Virus record (IMG/VR): IMGVR_UViG_3300022871_000016
Location: 1 to 63,999 of that record
DNA length: 63,999 nt
Source: a virus
Lineage: Duplodnaviria > Caudoviricetes
Reading direction: 5' to 3' (one strand)
Part shown: positions 19,455 through 29,850 of the stretch, piece after piece
Layout of the letters: each line of letters begins with the position of its first letter
Position numbering within the stretch: the stretch's first letter is position 1
Program-made: the position numbers and the translations under genes
The notes under the pieces: generated by a model
What the model was told of the DNA's origin: nothing
Seen by the model: only the letters and a program-made list of their open reading frames with translations
Database searches by the model: none

Positions 19455-19829
19455 ATGAGAGAGATAAAGTTTAGAGCTTGGGATAAAGTAGATAAGATAA
19501 TGTATTGCAACGTACAAACTGGGATTGTATTTGATGATGGAAGCCACTATGATTTCAGGAGATTTGTTGGTCATCAAGAATTAGATGATTATCATAAATG
19601 GGAACTTATGCAATACACAGGATTAAAAGATAAAAACGATAAGGAGATATATGAGGGGGATGTGGTTAAAGAATATCGTAATGTTTCGAAGATTGAATGG
19701 AATCACGATTATGCTTGTTTTGGGTTTTATGAACCGACATCTTTTGGTCGTAAATTTATAACATTTAGGATTGAGCCTGAAGTCGGAATAATCGGAAACA
19801 TATATGAAAACCCAGAACTATTAATATGA
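19455..19829 (+). CDS. YopX family protein
   Basis: MREIKFRAWD, LMQYTGLKDKNDKEIYEGDVV and IIGNIYENPELL. Confidence 0.95.
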   Translation: MREIKFRAWDKVDKIMYCNVQTGIVFDDGSHYDFRRFVGHQELDDYHKWELMQYTGLKDKNDKEIYEGDVVKEYRNVSKIEWNHDYACFGFYEPTSFGRKFITFRIEPEVGIIGNIYENPELLI

Positions 19830-20078
19830 TACTAATTATAAGGAGGGATGTATGAAGATAAAAGTAATTTTTGAATATGATGAAACAACCTTAGGAGGGA
19901 GTTGGATGAATATTTATAATCTCAAGTTGTTATTATACAGTAAGCAATGGAATACAAAAGAAGATTTATTAAAGATTATATTTTATGAGGAAATAAACAA
20001 ATGATACTAATTATATCTCTAGTAATAGCATTATTATTAACTTGGCGTTATTGGTATAAATTAAAAAGGAGGTAGATA

Positions 20079-20369
20079 ATGAACAGTGATAATGGACACA
20101 TTTATGATTTAACAAAAAAAGAGATTCTTAACGTAAAGGGGAAACTTATTCCATGGAAAGTTGGTGAAAGGGTTGAAGTTAAGGAGTGCTTGTTTGAGGT
20201 GGTAGAGATTGAATGTATCCCAGTTGATAAAATAGTTTTAAAGGGCTTGGCTAAAACCCCATACTTTGGGGAAAGGTTATCGGAAGTGGAAGAAGAAGTG
20301 GAAGAAGAATTTAATGATAATAGCACAATGTCAGAAGGTTTAAGGGGTTTTCTTAACAAGAAACATTAA
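20079..20369 (+). CDS. Hypothetical protein
   Basis: ORF with RBS. Confidence 0.6.
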   Translation: MNSDNGHIYDLTKKEILNVKGKLIPWKVGERVEVKECLFEVVEIECIPVDKIVLKGLAKTPYFGERLSEVEEEVEEEFNDNSTMSEGLRGFLNKKH

Positions 20370-20399
20370 CTTGGCGTTATAAATTAAAAAGGAGGGGTT

Positions 20400-20894
20400 G
20401 TGAATAAAACATTTGAAGCAAACAAACAGAAATTCGAGGTTGGGTGTGTGTGGAAAGGGAATGAGGGTTATTATCGTAGAGTGGATTATGTTGGAAATGA
20501 AAGAATAAATTGTGGTAGTTGTTGTGGAATATTGAAAAGAGCAGAAGAAACTGAATTTAGTGGTGCTTCTTGGTCAAAAGCAGACTTAGAAAATGTCAAC
20601 GCCAAAATAGTAGCCTATGCTAAATGTGGAGTGGATAGGAATAATGATGTTGTTAGGAGACATGATAAGGTTGAGGATGAGTATGGAGATATAAGAGAAG
20701 TGTTAGGAGCTATAGATAGTTCTAATGATGGGGTAGGTTATTTTATTTTGCGTAAGAATGCTAGTACTGGGTGGATAATAGGTCAGCAACACTGGTACAC
20801 CCTCATAAAACCAAAAGAGGAATCAATCAAAACAGGAGATATAATCACAGCAGAGTTAAAGGGTAATGTTTATAAATTGAAGGTGGTAGAGTGA
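20400..20894 (+). CDS. Hypothetical protein
   Basis: GTG start with AGGAGG. Confidence 0.6.
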   Translation: MNKTFEANKQKFEVGCVWKGNEGYYRRVDYVGNERINCGSCCGILKRAEETEFSGASWSKADLENVNAKIVAYAKCGVDRNNDVVRRHDKVEDEYGDIREVLGAIDSSNDGVGYFILRKNASTGWIIGQQHWYTLIKPKEESIKTGDIITAELKGNVYKLKVVE

Positions 20895-21114
20895 AAAAAG
20901 GAGGATGATATGACGAAAAAGAAGTTACTCAGTATCTTGGGGGAAATATCTACAAAAGATGAGGTGATCGGAATAGTTAAAAGTAAAATGCGGAAGAATA
21001 TAGCGTACAATCTTTTACAAGCAGATACTCCGATTGAGAGGAAAAAAATTAGAAATGGTTTACAAGAGGCTATAAATTTCATTAAATAGTATGACAGATA
21101 ATAAGGAGGTGTTC

Positions 21115-21321
21115 ATGAAAATAATTTGGTTGGTTCTAATCTCGATGATGATTATGGGTAACTGTTTTGCAGCAATTAAGTGGATAAACGGATACTCAAG
21201 AAGTAACGGCACTTATGTTAGTGGTCACTACAGAGATACGTCTAATGACGGCAACCCTTACAACAATGCTAACTACTTAGGCTATAATAGAAAAACATGG
21301 AATGTAAATAGTGGAATGTAA
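21115..21321 (+). CDS. Small secreted protein (GYxRxNGTYVxxHYR motif)
   Basis: AAGGAGGT precedes ATG 21115; signal peptide ending CFA. Confidence 0.7.
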   Translation: MKIIWLVLISMMIMGNCFAAIKWINGYSRSNGTYVSGHYRDTSNDGNPYNNANYLGYNRKTWNVNSGM

Positions 21322-21335
21322 AAAAGGAGGGAAAT

Positions 21336-21548
21336 ATGAATAAAGGTATAATGATGATAGTGTTATCAGTGATTTTATTTTCAATCGTTGGGTGTTCAAC
21401 AGCCGGACCATTCGTAACAAGCATTAGCTCAGACGGTCAAGGTAATTTAATTATTCAAAAAGGATATGCAGAGTTTAATTCTTTTGTTGGTGTATTGAAT
21501 AACAAAGAAGCCGGAGAAACTAAGATAAGAGTTACTCCAGTTAATTAA
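21336..21548 (+). CDS. Small lipoprotein
   Basis: Lipobox IVGC. Confidence 0.7.
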   Translation: MNKGIMMIVLSVILFSIVGCSTAGPFVTSISSDGQGNLIIQKGYAEFNSFVGVLNNKEAGETKIRVTPVN

Positions 21549-21571
21549 TAGTAGCTAAGAGGAGGTGATTA

Positions 21572-22060
21572 ATGACATTTTTTCTATCGTGTATCAGCGC
21601 AATATTTTACAGAATGGGTGGATACGGTAAACCATTCAAATCTTGGATGAGAGATTGGCTCATTCCATTAGTAGCAATCATCTCTGTGTTATTCGTGCTT
21701 AAACTAAAAGTGCCTGGGTATATCCATCTCATATCTTACGGCTTGTTGGGAGCAAGTCTTACAACATATTATGATAACAGTAAGAATCCAATTAAAGATA
21801 TGTTGGCGAGATTAATAAATTGGATGTATCCAGAGGATAATTTTTATTTACATGGATTGTTTATTGGATTAGCTTATTTCCCTTACGCTATAATTACAGG
21901 CTGTTGGCTAATGTTAATTGCCAGATCAGTTATCTTAGCTGTATTTATGGGAGGCTTAAACTATATTGTCAATAAATATAAGCTAAGATATTCTGTATGG
22001 ATAGAGGAATTAGGGAGAGGTTTTGCAATTATAGCAACATTGCAAATATTATTACGATAA
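21572..22060 (+). CDS. Multi-pass membrane protein; last gene of the plus-strand arm
   Basis: Several hydrophobic segments; RBS GGAGGTGA. Confidence 0.7.
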   Translation: MTFFLSCISAIFYRMGGYGKPFKSWMRDWLIPLVAIISVLFVLKLKVPGYIHLISYGLLGASLTTYYDNSKNPIKDMLARLINWMYPEDNFYLHGLFIGLAYFPYAIITGCWLMLIARSVILAVFMGGLNYIVNKYKLRYSVWIEELGRGFAIIATLQILLR

Positions 22061-22192
22061 TGCACGTACAATGTCACTTTTTCTAACAAGGATTAGCGTG
22101 GTGCTAATAAGGCAATGAATCAAAGAAATTATATGCCTAAATTTTAACGTGGCAAAATACGCCATTTCTGTTTGATTTAGGCATATAATACT

Positions 22193-22567
22193 TTATAATT
22201 CAAATCGCCCACCGATTCTAGCTCCGATACCAGTTCTAGAAGTAGCATTATTAGAAGTTTCTGAAAAGCCATACCCTTCCGCGAAGAATGTTGGTAACCA
22301 CCAAGCGCGTTTTTTCCCTACTTGTTTTTGAGATTGTTGCGGAGTATATGTTACTGTTGAGAAACTTAGAGGCCAGACATTCAAGTGTTGAGATTGAGTT
22401 TGATCTTTCTTAAAAAATGCCCTATATATAGTAATTACTATAAAGAATAATATAGTAAGTGTCATTACTATACGCCACCCACTCCCCCATGCAGATATCC
22501 AGTCCGGTAATCCTTTACCAAACAAAAAGTATTTAAGGCTGAATTTTCCGTTTGCAGGTTTTTCCAT
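22193..22567 (-). CDS. Membrane protein, possible lysis accessory
   Basis: One TM helix; last gene of the late arm. Confidence 0.55.
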   Translation of the reverse strand: MEKPANGKFSLKYFLFGKGLPDWISAWGSGWRIVMTLTILFFIVITIYRAFFKKDQTQSQHLNVWPLSFSTVTYTPQQSQKQVGKKRAWWLPTFFAEGYGFSETSNNATSRTGIGARIGGRFEL

Positions 22568-22719
22568 TCTATTTCTTCTTCCAGTTTAATGTACTTCCTG
22601 TTAAAGAAAAATAAACTATTGACGCTAAAGCACCTACTACAACGCCAAAAAAAATCGTCTTGAAAAATATTATGACACATATTACTAATGCCAGTAAAAC
22701 TACTACTTTAGCAACTGTC

Positions 22720-22908
22720 TTATTCATCTCGAGCCTCCTTTTTTCTTCGTATTATTTCTAATTCTAATTTATTTAAACTTACATTTAACGAAGCAAAATC
22801 TACAGTATCTTTGGAATCTATTATTTTTTTTAGTTTCCAACGTATAGAAGGTACATCGATTAAAAATAAGAAGATTTCCTCAAATATATCCATTTTGTTT
22901 TTAGACAT
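22720..22908 (-). CDS. Hypothetical protein
   Basis: Co-oriented, tightly packed ORF. Confidence 0.5.
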   Translation of the reverse strand: MSKNKMDIFEEIFLFLIDVPSIRWKLKKIIDSKDTVDFASLNVSLNKLELEIIRRKKEARDE

Positions 22909-22912
22909 CTTT

Positions 22913-23176
22913 TTATTTTACTACTGCTCGTTTTATTTCTTTAATATCACTTTTAATTTCGTCAATAGCTGTATAAGTATATTCTTTAACAAATTGTTGG
23001 GCGATCTCTAATGCTTTTAATGATATACAATTAGCGTTAGCTTTTGCAGTTGCTTGGCTTGCAACTGAGATAGTCATTCCCATTATTGCAATTACCATAG
23101 CTGATATTACAGCCGTTAATATTTTATTTCCTACATCATTCCTTCTAGTGACTTGTTTTCCATTTCCGTTTTCCAT
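22913..23176 (-). CDS. Single-TM coiled-coil protein (holin-like)
   Basis: TM segment followed by IDEIKSDIKEIK; downstream of the tail genes. Confidence 0.5.
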   Translation of the reverse strand: MENGNGKQVTRRNDVGNKILTAVISAMVIAIMGMTISVASQATAKANANCISLKALEIAQQFVKEYTYTAIDEIKSDIKEIKRAVVK

Positions 23177-23526
23177 GGTATTTCTCCTGCTATTTTTTTT
23201 GGTACTTTATTTGTTAAGCTCCCATTTTTCATCCCTCCAATTTTTTTTTTAATGATTTCTCTTTTCATGATGTTTTTTTTAATATTATTTTTGTTTATTT
23301 CTTCTTTAGTTTTTTTTACAATAACACTATTTACAATTCTATAATTTTTATAATTATCCCAATCTATAAAAGTGCTTATAGGCACAAATAATTCTGTTAG
23401 ATCATGCTTTACTGTTCCCCAAAAATTACTTATCTTTGCTGTATTGTTTGGATATTTCATTGCTAAATATTTTTCATCAGTAAATATAAATTGGATATCT
23501 CCATTCTTATTGTAACCTAATAACAT
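23131..23526 (-). CDS. Hypothetical tail-associated protein
   Basis: Abuts the upstream tail gene. Confidence 0.55.
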   Translation of the reverse strand: MLLGYNKNGDIQFIFTDEKYLAMKYPNNTAKISNFWGTVKHDLTELFVPISTFIDWDNYKNYRIVNSVIVKKTKEEINKNNIKKNIMKREIIKKKIGGMKNGSLTNKVPKKIAGEIPWKTEMENKSLEGMM

Positions 23527-24077
23527 TATACCTCCTCTGTTTGTAAATTTTTAAGATAAACTACATAATCAATGAATTTTGCATCATCAATAGTATAAAC
23601 TTTTTTGTATGTTGATGTTGAATTATCATAACATAAATAACATGTTGCCGCGAATAACCTTACCGATGTAAATGTAGTGGCTCCTAACGGATCCCAAAAA
23701 CCAATAGGAAACATATTATATAAAGTATCTTTAAAAAATTCAGGAACCCATGCTGTCATTGCACCTGTGGCATCATTACGAGAATAGTATGTTTTGCTAG
23801 TAGTATATATACTTCTAAAAAAAGCATACCCTCCAGCATCATCACCAATCATTTTTTCAGAGAACGAATATGTAAAATATCTTACTCTTATTTGAACTCC
23901 AATATCTTCTAATTTATATGAGCTAGTGCCGGGTAGATCAATATCAACACCGTATGTTGTATCGCCATTCAGTGCTTGCGGCATTGCTGTAGTTCCAGAG
24001 CTTATAATATTTGATACATTAGGAGTTATTATGACTGAATGACCTAATGTATCGCTTACTCTAAGACCGTAATCCAT
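23526..24077 (-). CDS. Tail-tip accessory protein, paralog 3
   Basis: YGLRVSD...IISSG...TYGVDIDLPG and LFAATCYL shared with the two upstream genes. Confidence 0.7.
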   Translation of the reverse strand: MDYGLRVSDTLGHSVIITPNVSNIISSGTTAMPQALNGDTTYGVDIDLPGTSSYKLEDIGVQIRVRYFTYSFSEKMIGDDAGGYAFFRSIYTTSKTYYSRNDATGAMTAWVPEFFKDTLYNMFPIGFWDPLGATTFTSVRLFAATCYLCYDNSTSTYKKVYTIDDAKFIDYVVYLKNLQTEEV

Positions 24078-25210
24078 TAATCTCCTCTATACTTTTTCAT
24101 ATACATTATATAATCAACTTCTGAAACACCATTTGTTCCAATAGTAGCTACATCTTTTCCAGAATATACTAATGGTTTATATTTTATCCCTGTAGTTTTC
24201 ATTTCTTTTGTTGAATTTCCCCATGATAATGTAACAGTAGCGTAGTTACCGCCGGCTCCTGTACTTTCAATAGCAGTTATATATCTGTAAACAGTCCATG
24301 TATTAGATTCTAATGTACACCAATCTTCTGAAACAGTAGTAATAAAAACAATAGCAAAAGCCTTATCACCTGATAGCCACGCATTATCTCTAAAATAACA
24401 CCATACATTTACAACAATACAAACTGCATCACCGGGAGTTAAGTTAGTCAAAGGGCAAGCCCAAGTTCCACTTACTGATCCTTCTCCACCTCTTACAAAA
24501 CTTGTATCAGATGCAACGTTGTTGCCTAATAATGTTGCACCACTAGGATAAGAAATTCTATATATACTACAGTTTGTTGTTACAGCAGCAATAAGTCTAT
24601 AAGATGCATCGCTAGTTATTGTATATGTTTGGAGTGTTGAACCTTGTGTTTCAGATAAGATATACCCTGCTTGACCATTGACAGTTTGTGTAGTATCTCT
24701 ACCATAAAATGTTGTAGTAGCCGCAGTACCTCCGGCAATATTTAAAAACCCATAATGCACTGCGGCGAATATTCGCATTGCTTTTGACGTGCTTCCAAAC
24801 TTATCCCAACCAGCCAGTAATGATATTTGTATTAAATGATTCCACTTAGTTATATCTGATGCTGTCATATCTCCGGGTGTCCATGATGTCATTACCCCTG
24901 TATTTACATCTTTATCATAGTAAGTATAGCTATCGTCACCATAGAATACTTTCAAAGAATTATTAGTTGGATATGTAAACTCATGTACAGAAAGTCGATA
25001 ATCAAAATCTCTTATTTGCACAATCATACCAAGGTCAGTATTATCAATATCATAATCTCCGGGTAGATCAATGTCTACACCATAAGTACCGTCACCATTT
25101 AAAGCATTAGGCAATGTTATTGTTCCAGAAGATATTATTTGAGCAATATTTGGAACAATTAAACTGCTGTTTCCTATAGTATCAAATATTTTTAATCCGT
25201 AATTACTCAT
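24077..25210 (-). CDS. Tail-tip accessory protein, paralog 2, with a large inserted domain
   Basis: Same N-terminal motif and C-terminal IGxxGVxxxxY, about 190 aa longer than its paralogs. Confidence 0.7.
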   Translation of the reverse strand: MSNYGLKIFDTIGNSSLIVPNIAQIISSGTITLPNALNGDGTYGVDIDLPGDYDIDNTDLGMIVQIRDFDYRLSVHEFTYPTNNSLKVFYGDDSYTYYDKDVNTGVMTSWTPGDMTASDITKWNHLIQISLLAGWDKFGSTSKAMRIFAAVHYGFLNIAGGTAATTTFYGRDTTQTVNGQAGYILSETQGSTLQTYTITSDASYRLIAAVTTNCSIYRISYPSGATLLGNNVASDTSFVRGGEGSVSGTWACPLTNLTPGDAVCIVVNVWCYFRDNAWLSGDKAFAIVFITTVSEDWCTLESNTWTVYRYITAIESTGAGGNYATVTLSWGNSTKEMKTTGIKYKPLVYSGKDVATIGTNGVSEVDYIMYMKKYRGD

Positions 25211-25763
25211 AATTATGATTCTTAATAGTTACTACATATTCTATTTTATTTACTCCTTTATCTCCGATCGAATAAACTTTTATAAACTCACTTGCGCTAG
25301 CATCGTAAGCTAAATAACATGTTGCCGCGAATAATAATACAGATGTAAAAGTTGTTCCACCTTTAATATCCCAAAAGCTAACAGGGAATATTCCAGCAAA
25401 CCCATCATAAGTAGTTGCAGTTGATGGAGTCAAATTTCCAGCAGTCCAAGAAGTCATAACTCCTGTTGCCTTTGCGTGCTTATAATAAGACATAGCAGAA
25501 TCCATATAGCCAATATTTTGTGAAGAATATAAAATATTAGTTATCTTATATGTATGTTCAATAGGAGCAATTAAAACAGTAATATCTTCTTTAGGAATCG
25601 CACTAGTTCCGGGCAAGTCTATAACAACACCGTAAGTGTTATCAACATTTAAAGTATTAGGCATTGTTATTCTTCCAGAGCTAACAATGGTAGATATTTT
25701 AGGAGTAATTGTAGTGTAGTTTGAACCTAATGAATCATATACTTTTAATCCAAATTCGTTCAT
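25203..25763 (-). CDS. Tail-tip accessory protein, paralog 1
   Basis: FGLKVYD...IVSSG...TYGVVIDLPG. Confidence 0.7.
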   Translation of the reverse strand: MNEFGLKVYDSLGSNYTTITPKISTIVSSGRITMPNTLNVDNTYGVVIDLPGTSAIPKEDITVLIAPIEHTYKITNILYSSQNIGYMDSAMSYYKHAKATGVMTSWTAGNLTPSTATTYDGFAGIFPVSFWDIKGGTTFTSVLLFAATCYLAYDASASEFIKVYSIGDKGVNKIEYVVTIKNHNYE

Positions 25764-28594
25764 GATAATTTGCCTAGCTCAACTCTTAGTATGCTTGATG
25801 CATCATATACTTTTATTACATCATTAGCACCGTCTAATACTATTTTTCCAGCACTACCAACATTAACTGTAATTGTCAAGCTACCTGCTGTTATCTTATC
25901 AGCAGACAAATCGATAATATGAGCATTTTGAATAATTGCATCTTTTATTTGTGCTGATAAAGTTATTACTTCTCCGGCATAAACTTTCCTCGCGGTTATG
26001 ATTTGATCGCCAAGCATACCTTCTGTAAACTCTATATATTTTACTTCTACAGCTGATGTAAAATTTCCTGCGCCAAAACCATCAACACCTCTTACTTTAT
26101 AGTACCTAACAGGATGTAAAAAAAACTTAGAAGTTGTATCAGGAGGTGCTACCCAATTATCATCCATAGTAAACTTACCTGTAGCTGTAGCATACGCTGA
26201 TACTTTTAATTCTTCACCTACTCCTGTACCAGATATTATTTCTATGTAACTTCCTTTCCAATAATCAGGCCCCCAACCGGCTAAATCTAAATCAGTAACG
26301 TAATCAGTATTTGCCGCGCCATTATCATCTGACATTCCATTCTGTGAGCTTTCACCTTGTATTGTGCAGTTACGCCCCGGTACTTTACCAAATAATTTTT
26401 CTTCTCCAGCCCAAGCATTAGTTTTAGAATAATATACATCATAGTATTCAATATCAGTTGCGGTATCATCAGTCCAGCATAAACGTGCTATATTAAAAAC
26501 AATATCAGCAGTTAAAGATAATGGGATCGCCGGGGCAGCATTTACCGGAGTTATTTGGGCTGAAGTAATAGAATACTTACCGCTTGAATTTATTGATCTC
26601 AACCAATATGTACCCGGAGCTCGGCTAGAAGGAATTAAAACTTTTTTATTTGCTAACCCACGATATATTAAATGTGCATCATCAGTTCCAAAGTTAGCAT
26701 CTTCATCTCTTATTTCATATCCAGATAAATCAGAATCAGTAACAATTGCCCAAGATAACTCTAAATTTTTACCCCAAGAGGAAGTGAAGCTAGAAACATT
26801 AGAAGGATTAGTAGATTTTCCAACTAATGTAATTGGATTTGAGATGCGACCTGTAGATATAATATTCTTTACTGATTGTGTTTTAACTTTAATATTATAT
26901 GTTTGACCACTATTTAATCCGCTACTTATTCTAAATGTAGTAGCAGATTTATCTGCAATTCCGTATTGAGTATAACTACCTCCTGATTTTGCTAATTCAA
27001 TAATATAATTGTTTAATAAATCACGATTTGTTGCCGGCGCAGTCCAACTTACGTCAACTACAACTACCCACGTTCCATCAACATTAACCCATCCAGTTTC
27101 CGATAAAGCAATATTAGTAACATCTACAACAGCTTCGTATGGGTTAGGAGGATTTCCAGAATCCCAATCATCGAAGGTTGATCCAAAACCATCATCTAAT
27201 ACAGAACTGTTATATGCATTGCATACATATTTAGCCCGCCCAAAATTCGCTTCAGTTATACTCATAATTCTAAACAATGCAGTATCCCAATTAGGTCTTG
27301 AATGCGTAACTGAAACAATATCATATTGCTCACAATGCATTGCTTCAATCGTAGATTCAAATTCACACCAAATATCATTTAACTTACCTTCATATAATAT
27401 TTTATTTGCTTGTCTAGATGCTTGAGATTGTCTTATGATGCCATACATTTCGATTTTGCTTTCTCGTATTCCCCTTATGTCCTGATCTAATTCATCTTCT
27501 GCCCATGCTATTCTTTTAGGGTTCTTTATTTCTAACGGAGATATCCATTCTACTCCTATTTTATTATGTATTTCGTCTGACTTTCCATACCCATAATTAA
27601 ATGTATCGTTATCTATATTATCCTCAGTAAATGCCATTACTGATGTTTCACCTGATTTTTCATATACTATTTTATAAGTTGCACCACTGCGTATCAATTG
27701 TGCATTGCAAGTAATTAACATTTTTGCTAAGTTATCTAATGCTGAATGTTTTGTATCAAGAGCAATAGTTAATTCATATCTTTCTTCTGTTCCGCCAGAA
27801 CCATTGCTCACACCTTCAGCACAGTGCTCGTAAAAATCACCAAAGCTATCATCATCAATGAAGCTTGATGAAACTCCACACCCACCAAGCACTACACTTA
27901 AGCCCATATAATCACGAATTATAGCGGATGGATTTTTAGAAAATGCTTTAGAAGCAGTCCATTGATGTATTCCAGCATCCCAAAGAGCAACTTTCTTTCC
28001 TGTTATTTTAGCGCCTAATGTTGGGTTACTACTGACATCATCTCCGGCAGTTATTGTTGCGGCAACATAGCATACATCTCTTAATCCTTTAACTGTTGCG
28101 GATCCTCTTGCATCAACAGTTTGTGTAGAAGTTCCTGTGTATGCTGTATAACTACATCCAGATAAAGTTGCTATATCTTTTTCATCAATAATAATATTAC
28201 TTACTGAACTCACTTCACCTATACAAAAACCGATGAATCTTTGTACAGTAGTCCCGGGTTCAGACTGCCATATTATATTTCCTCCAACGAGTATTGGGCC
28301 TCCATAAATTATTGGAACAATTCCTTCATTAGAAAAAGTGTTTTCTATACTTCGCGATGTATATTTTGAACCTGATGCACCTAACTTATCTGCTTTACTT
28401 CCAGAAGCTAATGAGTAAGCAATAGACGCTACGGTGAAAGCAGTTATAAAAGGATGAACCCATGCATAATCAACTATCATAACACCTATCGACCAAATTG
28501 CGGCTCCTATTGCGCCGCCTACTACTCCGGCATAAGCGTATGTAACGATGAAAAACTGAAAAAATGCAAATAGTAAAAGTATTTTTTTAATCAT
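25760..28594 (-). CDS. Tail tip/central fibre protein (lambda J or GTA megatron-like) with FN3 domains
   Basis: VPIIYGG, NPSAIIRDY, FTEDNI, FN3-like repeats, AQIKDAIIQNAHI helix and RVELGKL end. Confidence 0.9.
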   Translation of the reverse strand: MIKKILLLFAFFQFFIVTYAYAGVVGGAIGAAIWSIGVMIVDYAWVHPFITAFTVASIAYSLASGSKADKLGASGSKYTSRSIENTFSNEGIVPIIYGGPILVGGNIIWQSEPGTTVQRFIGFCIGEVSSVSNIIIDEKDIATLSGCSYTAYTGTSTQTVDARGSATVKGLRDVCYVAATITAGDDVSSNPTLGAKITGKKVALWDAGIHQWTASKAFSKNPSAIIRDYMGLSVVLGGCGVSSSFIDDDSFGDFYEHCAEGVSNGSGGTEERYELTIALDTKHSALDNLAKMLITCNAQLIRSGATYKIVYEKSGETSVMAFTEDNIDNDTFNYGYGKSDEIHNKIGVEWISPLEIKNPKRIAWAEDELDQDIRGIRESKIEMYGIIRQSQASRQANKILYEGKLNDIWCEFESTIEAMHCEQYDIVSVTHSRPNWDTALFRIMSITEANFGRAKYVCNAYNSSVLDDGFGSTFDDWDSGNPPNPYEAVVDVTNIALSETGWVNVDGTWVVVVDVSWTAPATNRDLLNNYIIELAKSGGSYTQYGIADKSATTFRISSGLNSGQTYNIKVKTQSVKNIISTGRISNPITLVGKSTNPSNVSSFTSSWGKNLELSWAIVTDSDLSGYEIRDEDANFGTDDAHLIYRGLANKKVLIPSSRAPGTYWLRSINSSGKYSITSAQITPVNAAPAIPLSLTADIVFNIARLCWTDDTATDIEYYDVYYSKTNAWAGEEKLFGKVPGRNCTIQGESSQNGMSDDNGAANTDYVTDLDLAGWGPDYWKGSYIEIISGTGVGEELKVSAYATATGKFTMDDNWVAPPDTTSKFFLHPVRYYKVRGVDGFGAGNFTSAVEVKYIEFTEGMLGDQIITARKVYAGEVITLSAQIKDAIIQNAHIIDLSADKITAGSLTITVNVGSAGKIVLDGANDVIKVYDASSILRVELGKLS

Positions 28595-28982
28595 TTGGTC
28601 TATATATTAATGATATAAATTCTTTTAAATATCTTAATCTAGTAAGACACGATCCAACAACTCCGTCCATATGTAATATTTGTTTATTATTAATGCATAC
28701 TCCTAATGATCCTACTTGTTTATGATTATCGATGACAACAATATCTCCTTCATCAATATCATTTATATCTACTATATCAGCAAAAGTATTTAAAACAGAT
28801 GCCATTCTATTCTTATCTTTTTTTTGATTTCTAAATATTATATTTTTTCCGTCAGTAAATGGTAACTCTTTGTTCTTAACATATTTATAATATAAATAAA
28901 CAATTCCTCTACAATCACAAAATTTAAAGTCTTTATGATTTAATTTAAAAGGGATGCCAATAAGTTTATTTAAATCTATCAT
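28587..28982 (-). CDS. NlpC/P60 tail peptidase-like protein
   Basis: LIGIPF...CDCRGIV...EGDIV...ILH; canonical position. Confidence 0.8.
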   Translation of the reverse strand: MIDLNKLIGIPFKLNHKDFKFCDCRGIVYLYYKYVKNKELPFTDGKNIIFRNQKKDKNRMASVLNTFADIVDINDIDEGDIVVIDNHKQVGSLGVCINNKQILHMDGVVGSCLTRLRYLKEFISLIYRPND

Positions 28983-29839
28983 TTTGTTAAAGGTATTGTA
29001 TGGAATCCATGATAATTAATAGTATTAGAAAATATTGTATCACAAGAATTTAATGTTTTATCACAGCCACGATATACTGCAAATGCATCAGTAGCAGTTG
29101 GAGCAACGTCTAAAGCATAATCTAATGTTAATGTATGCGTAGATGAAACAAAATCTAATATCTTTCTCGATGAACCATTATTGTTTCCTGAAGTAAATGT
29201 AATTATACCCCAGTTCCAATAATCATCTGCTTGGTCTAAATTAACAGTATCTATAATAGTAGTAGTTGTTCCGCCTGTAACTGCACCTATTACTTTATTA
29301 GCTACTGCATCTTTATCTATTTGACAATAGCTATCTCCAAATCTTGCATTACATTCAATTTGGTAGGGCCACCCAGTTTCAAAACTTAATGACCCTAAAA
29401 CGGGGGTACAGTTTGCAGCCATTTTTTTTCTAGAAAAAGATACATTCTGGATAAAGCCATCAAAAACTATTTTAGCATCTAAGTAAGAACTTAAATGATC
29501 TCTGAATATTAGCCTTGTAACAATTCGTTTATTTCTTAAATCATGAGCTGCTGCATAAACAGACATTGCTTTTGTGACATTATCTATTTGGTATCCAACA
29601 CGCTCTATCTCGCCATGTGTACTTTTTTTCATTGCACTTCTTGACACGCCTACAGGAGTATATTGTTGTGATGTATGGCTAAGGTAATTAAAAAAATATA
29701 ATGGAAAATAGAAGTTAATGAAATGAAGGGTATTAGAATCTTCGGCAGTTTGCGAACCTAAATAAATGTCATGTATCTCTACCGGCTTATGTTGCAGTTG
29801 ATTCTTAATAGCTATTAACGTTGCAGATAAACTCAACAT
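28979..29839 (-). CDS. Tail hub protein (DUF2163/BR0599-like)
   Basis: CNARFGDSYC and GCDKTLNSC...NYHGFHTIP Cys pattern. Confidence 0.88.
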   Translation of the reverse strand: MLSLSATLIAIKNQLQHKPVEIHDIYLGSQTAEDSNTLHFINFYFPLYFFNYLSHTSQQYTPVGVSRSAMKKSTHGEIERVGYQIDNVTKAMSVYAAAHDLRNKRIVTRLIFRDHLSSYLDAKIVFDGFIQNVSFSRKKMAANCTPVLGSLSFETGWPYQIECNARFGDSYCQIDKDAVANKVIGAVTGGTTTTIIDTVNLDQADDYWNWGIITFTSGNNNGSSRKILDFVSSTHTLTLDYALDVAPTATDAFAVYRGCDKTLNSCDTIFSNTINYHGFHTIPLTK

Positions 29840-29850
29840 TTTAAACCCCC

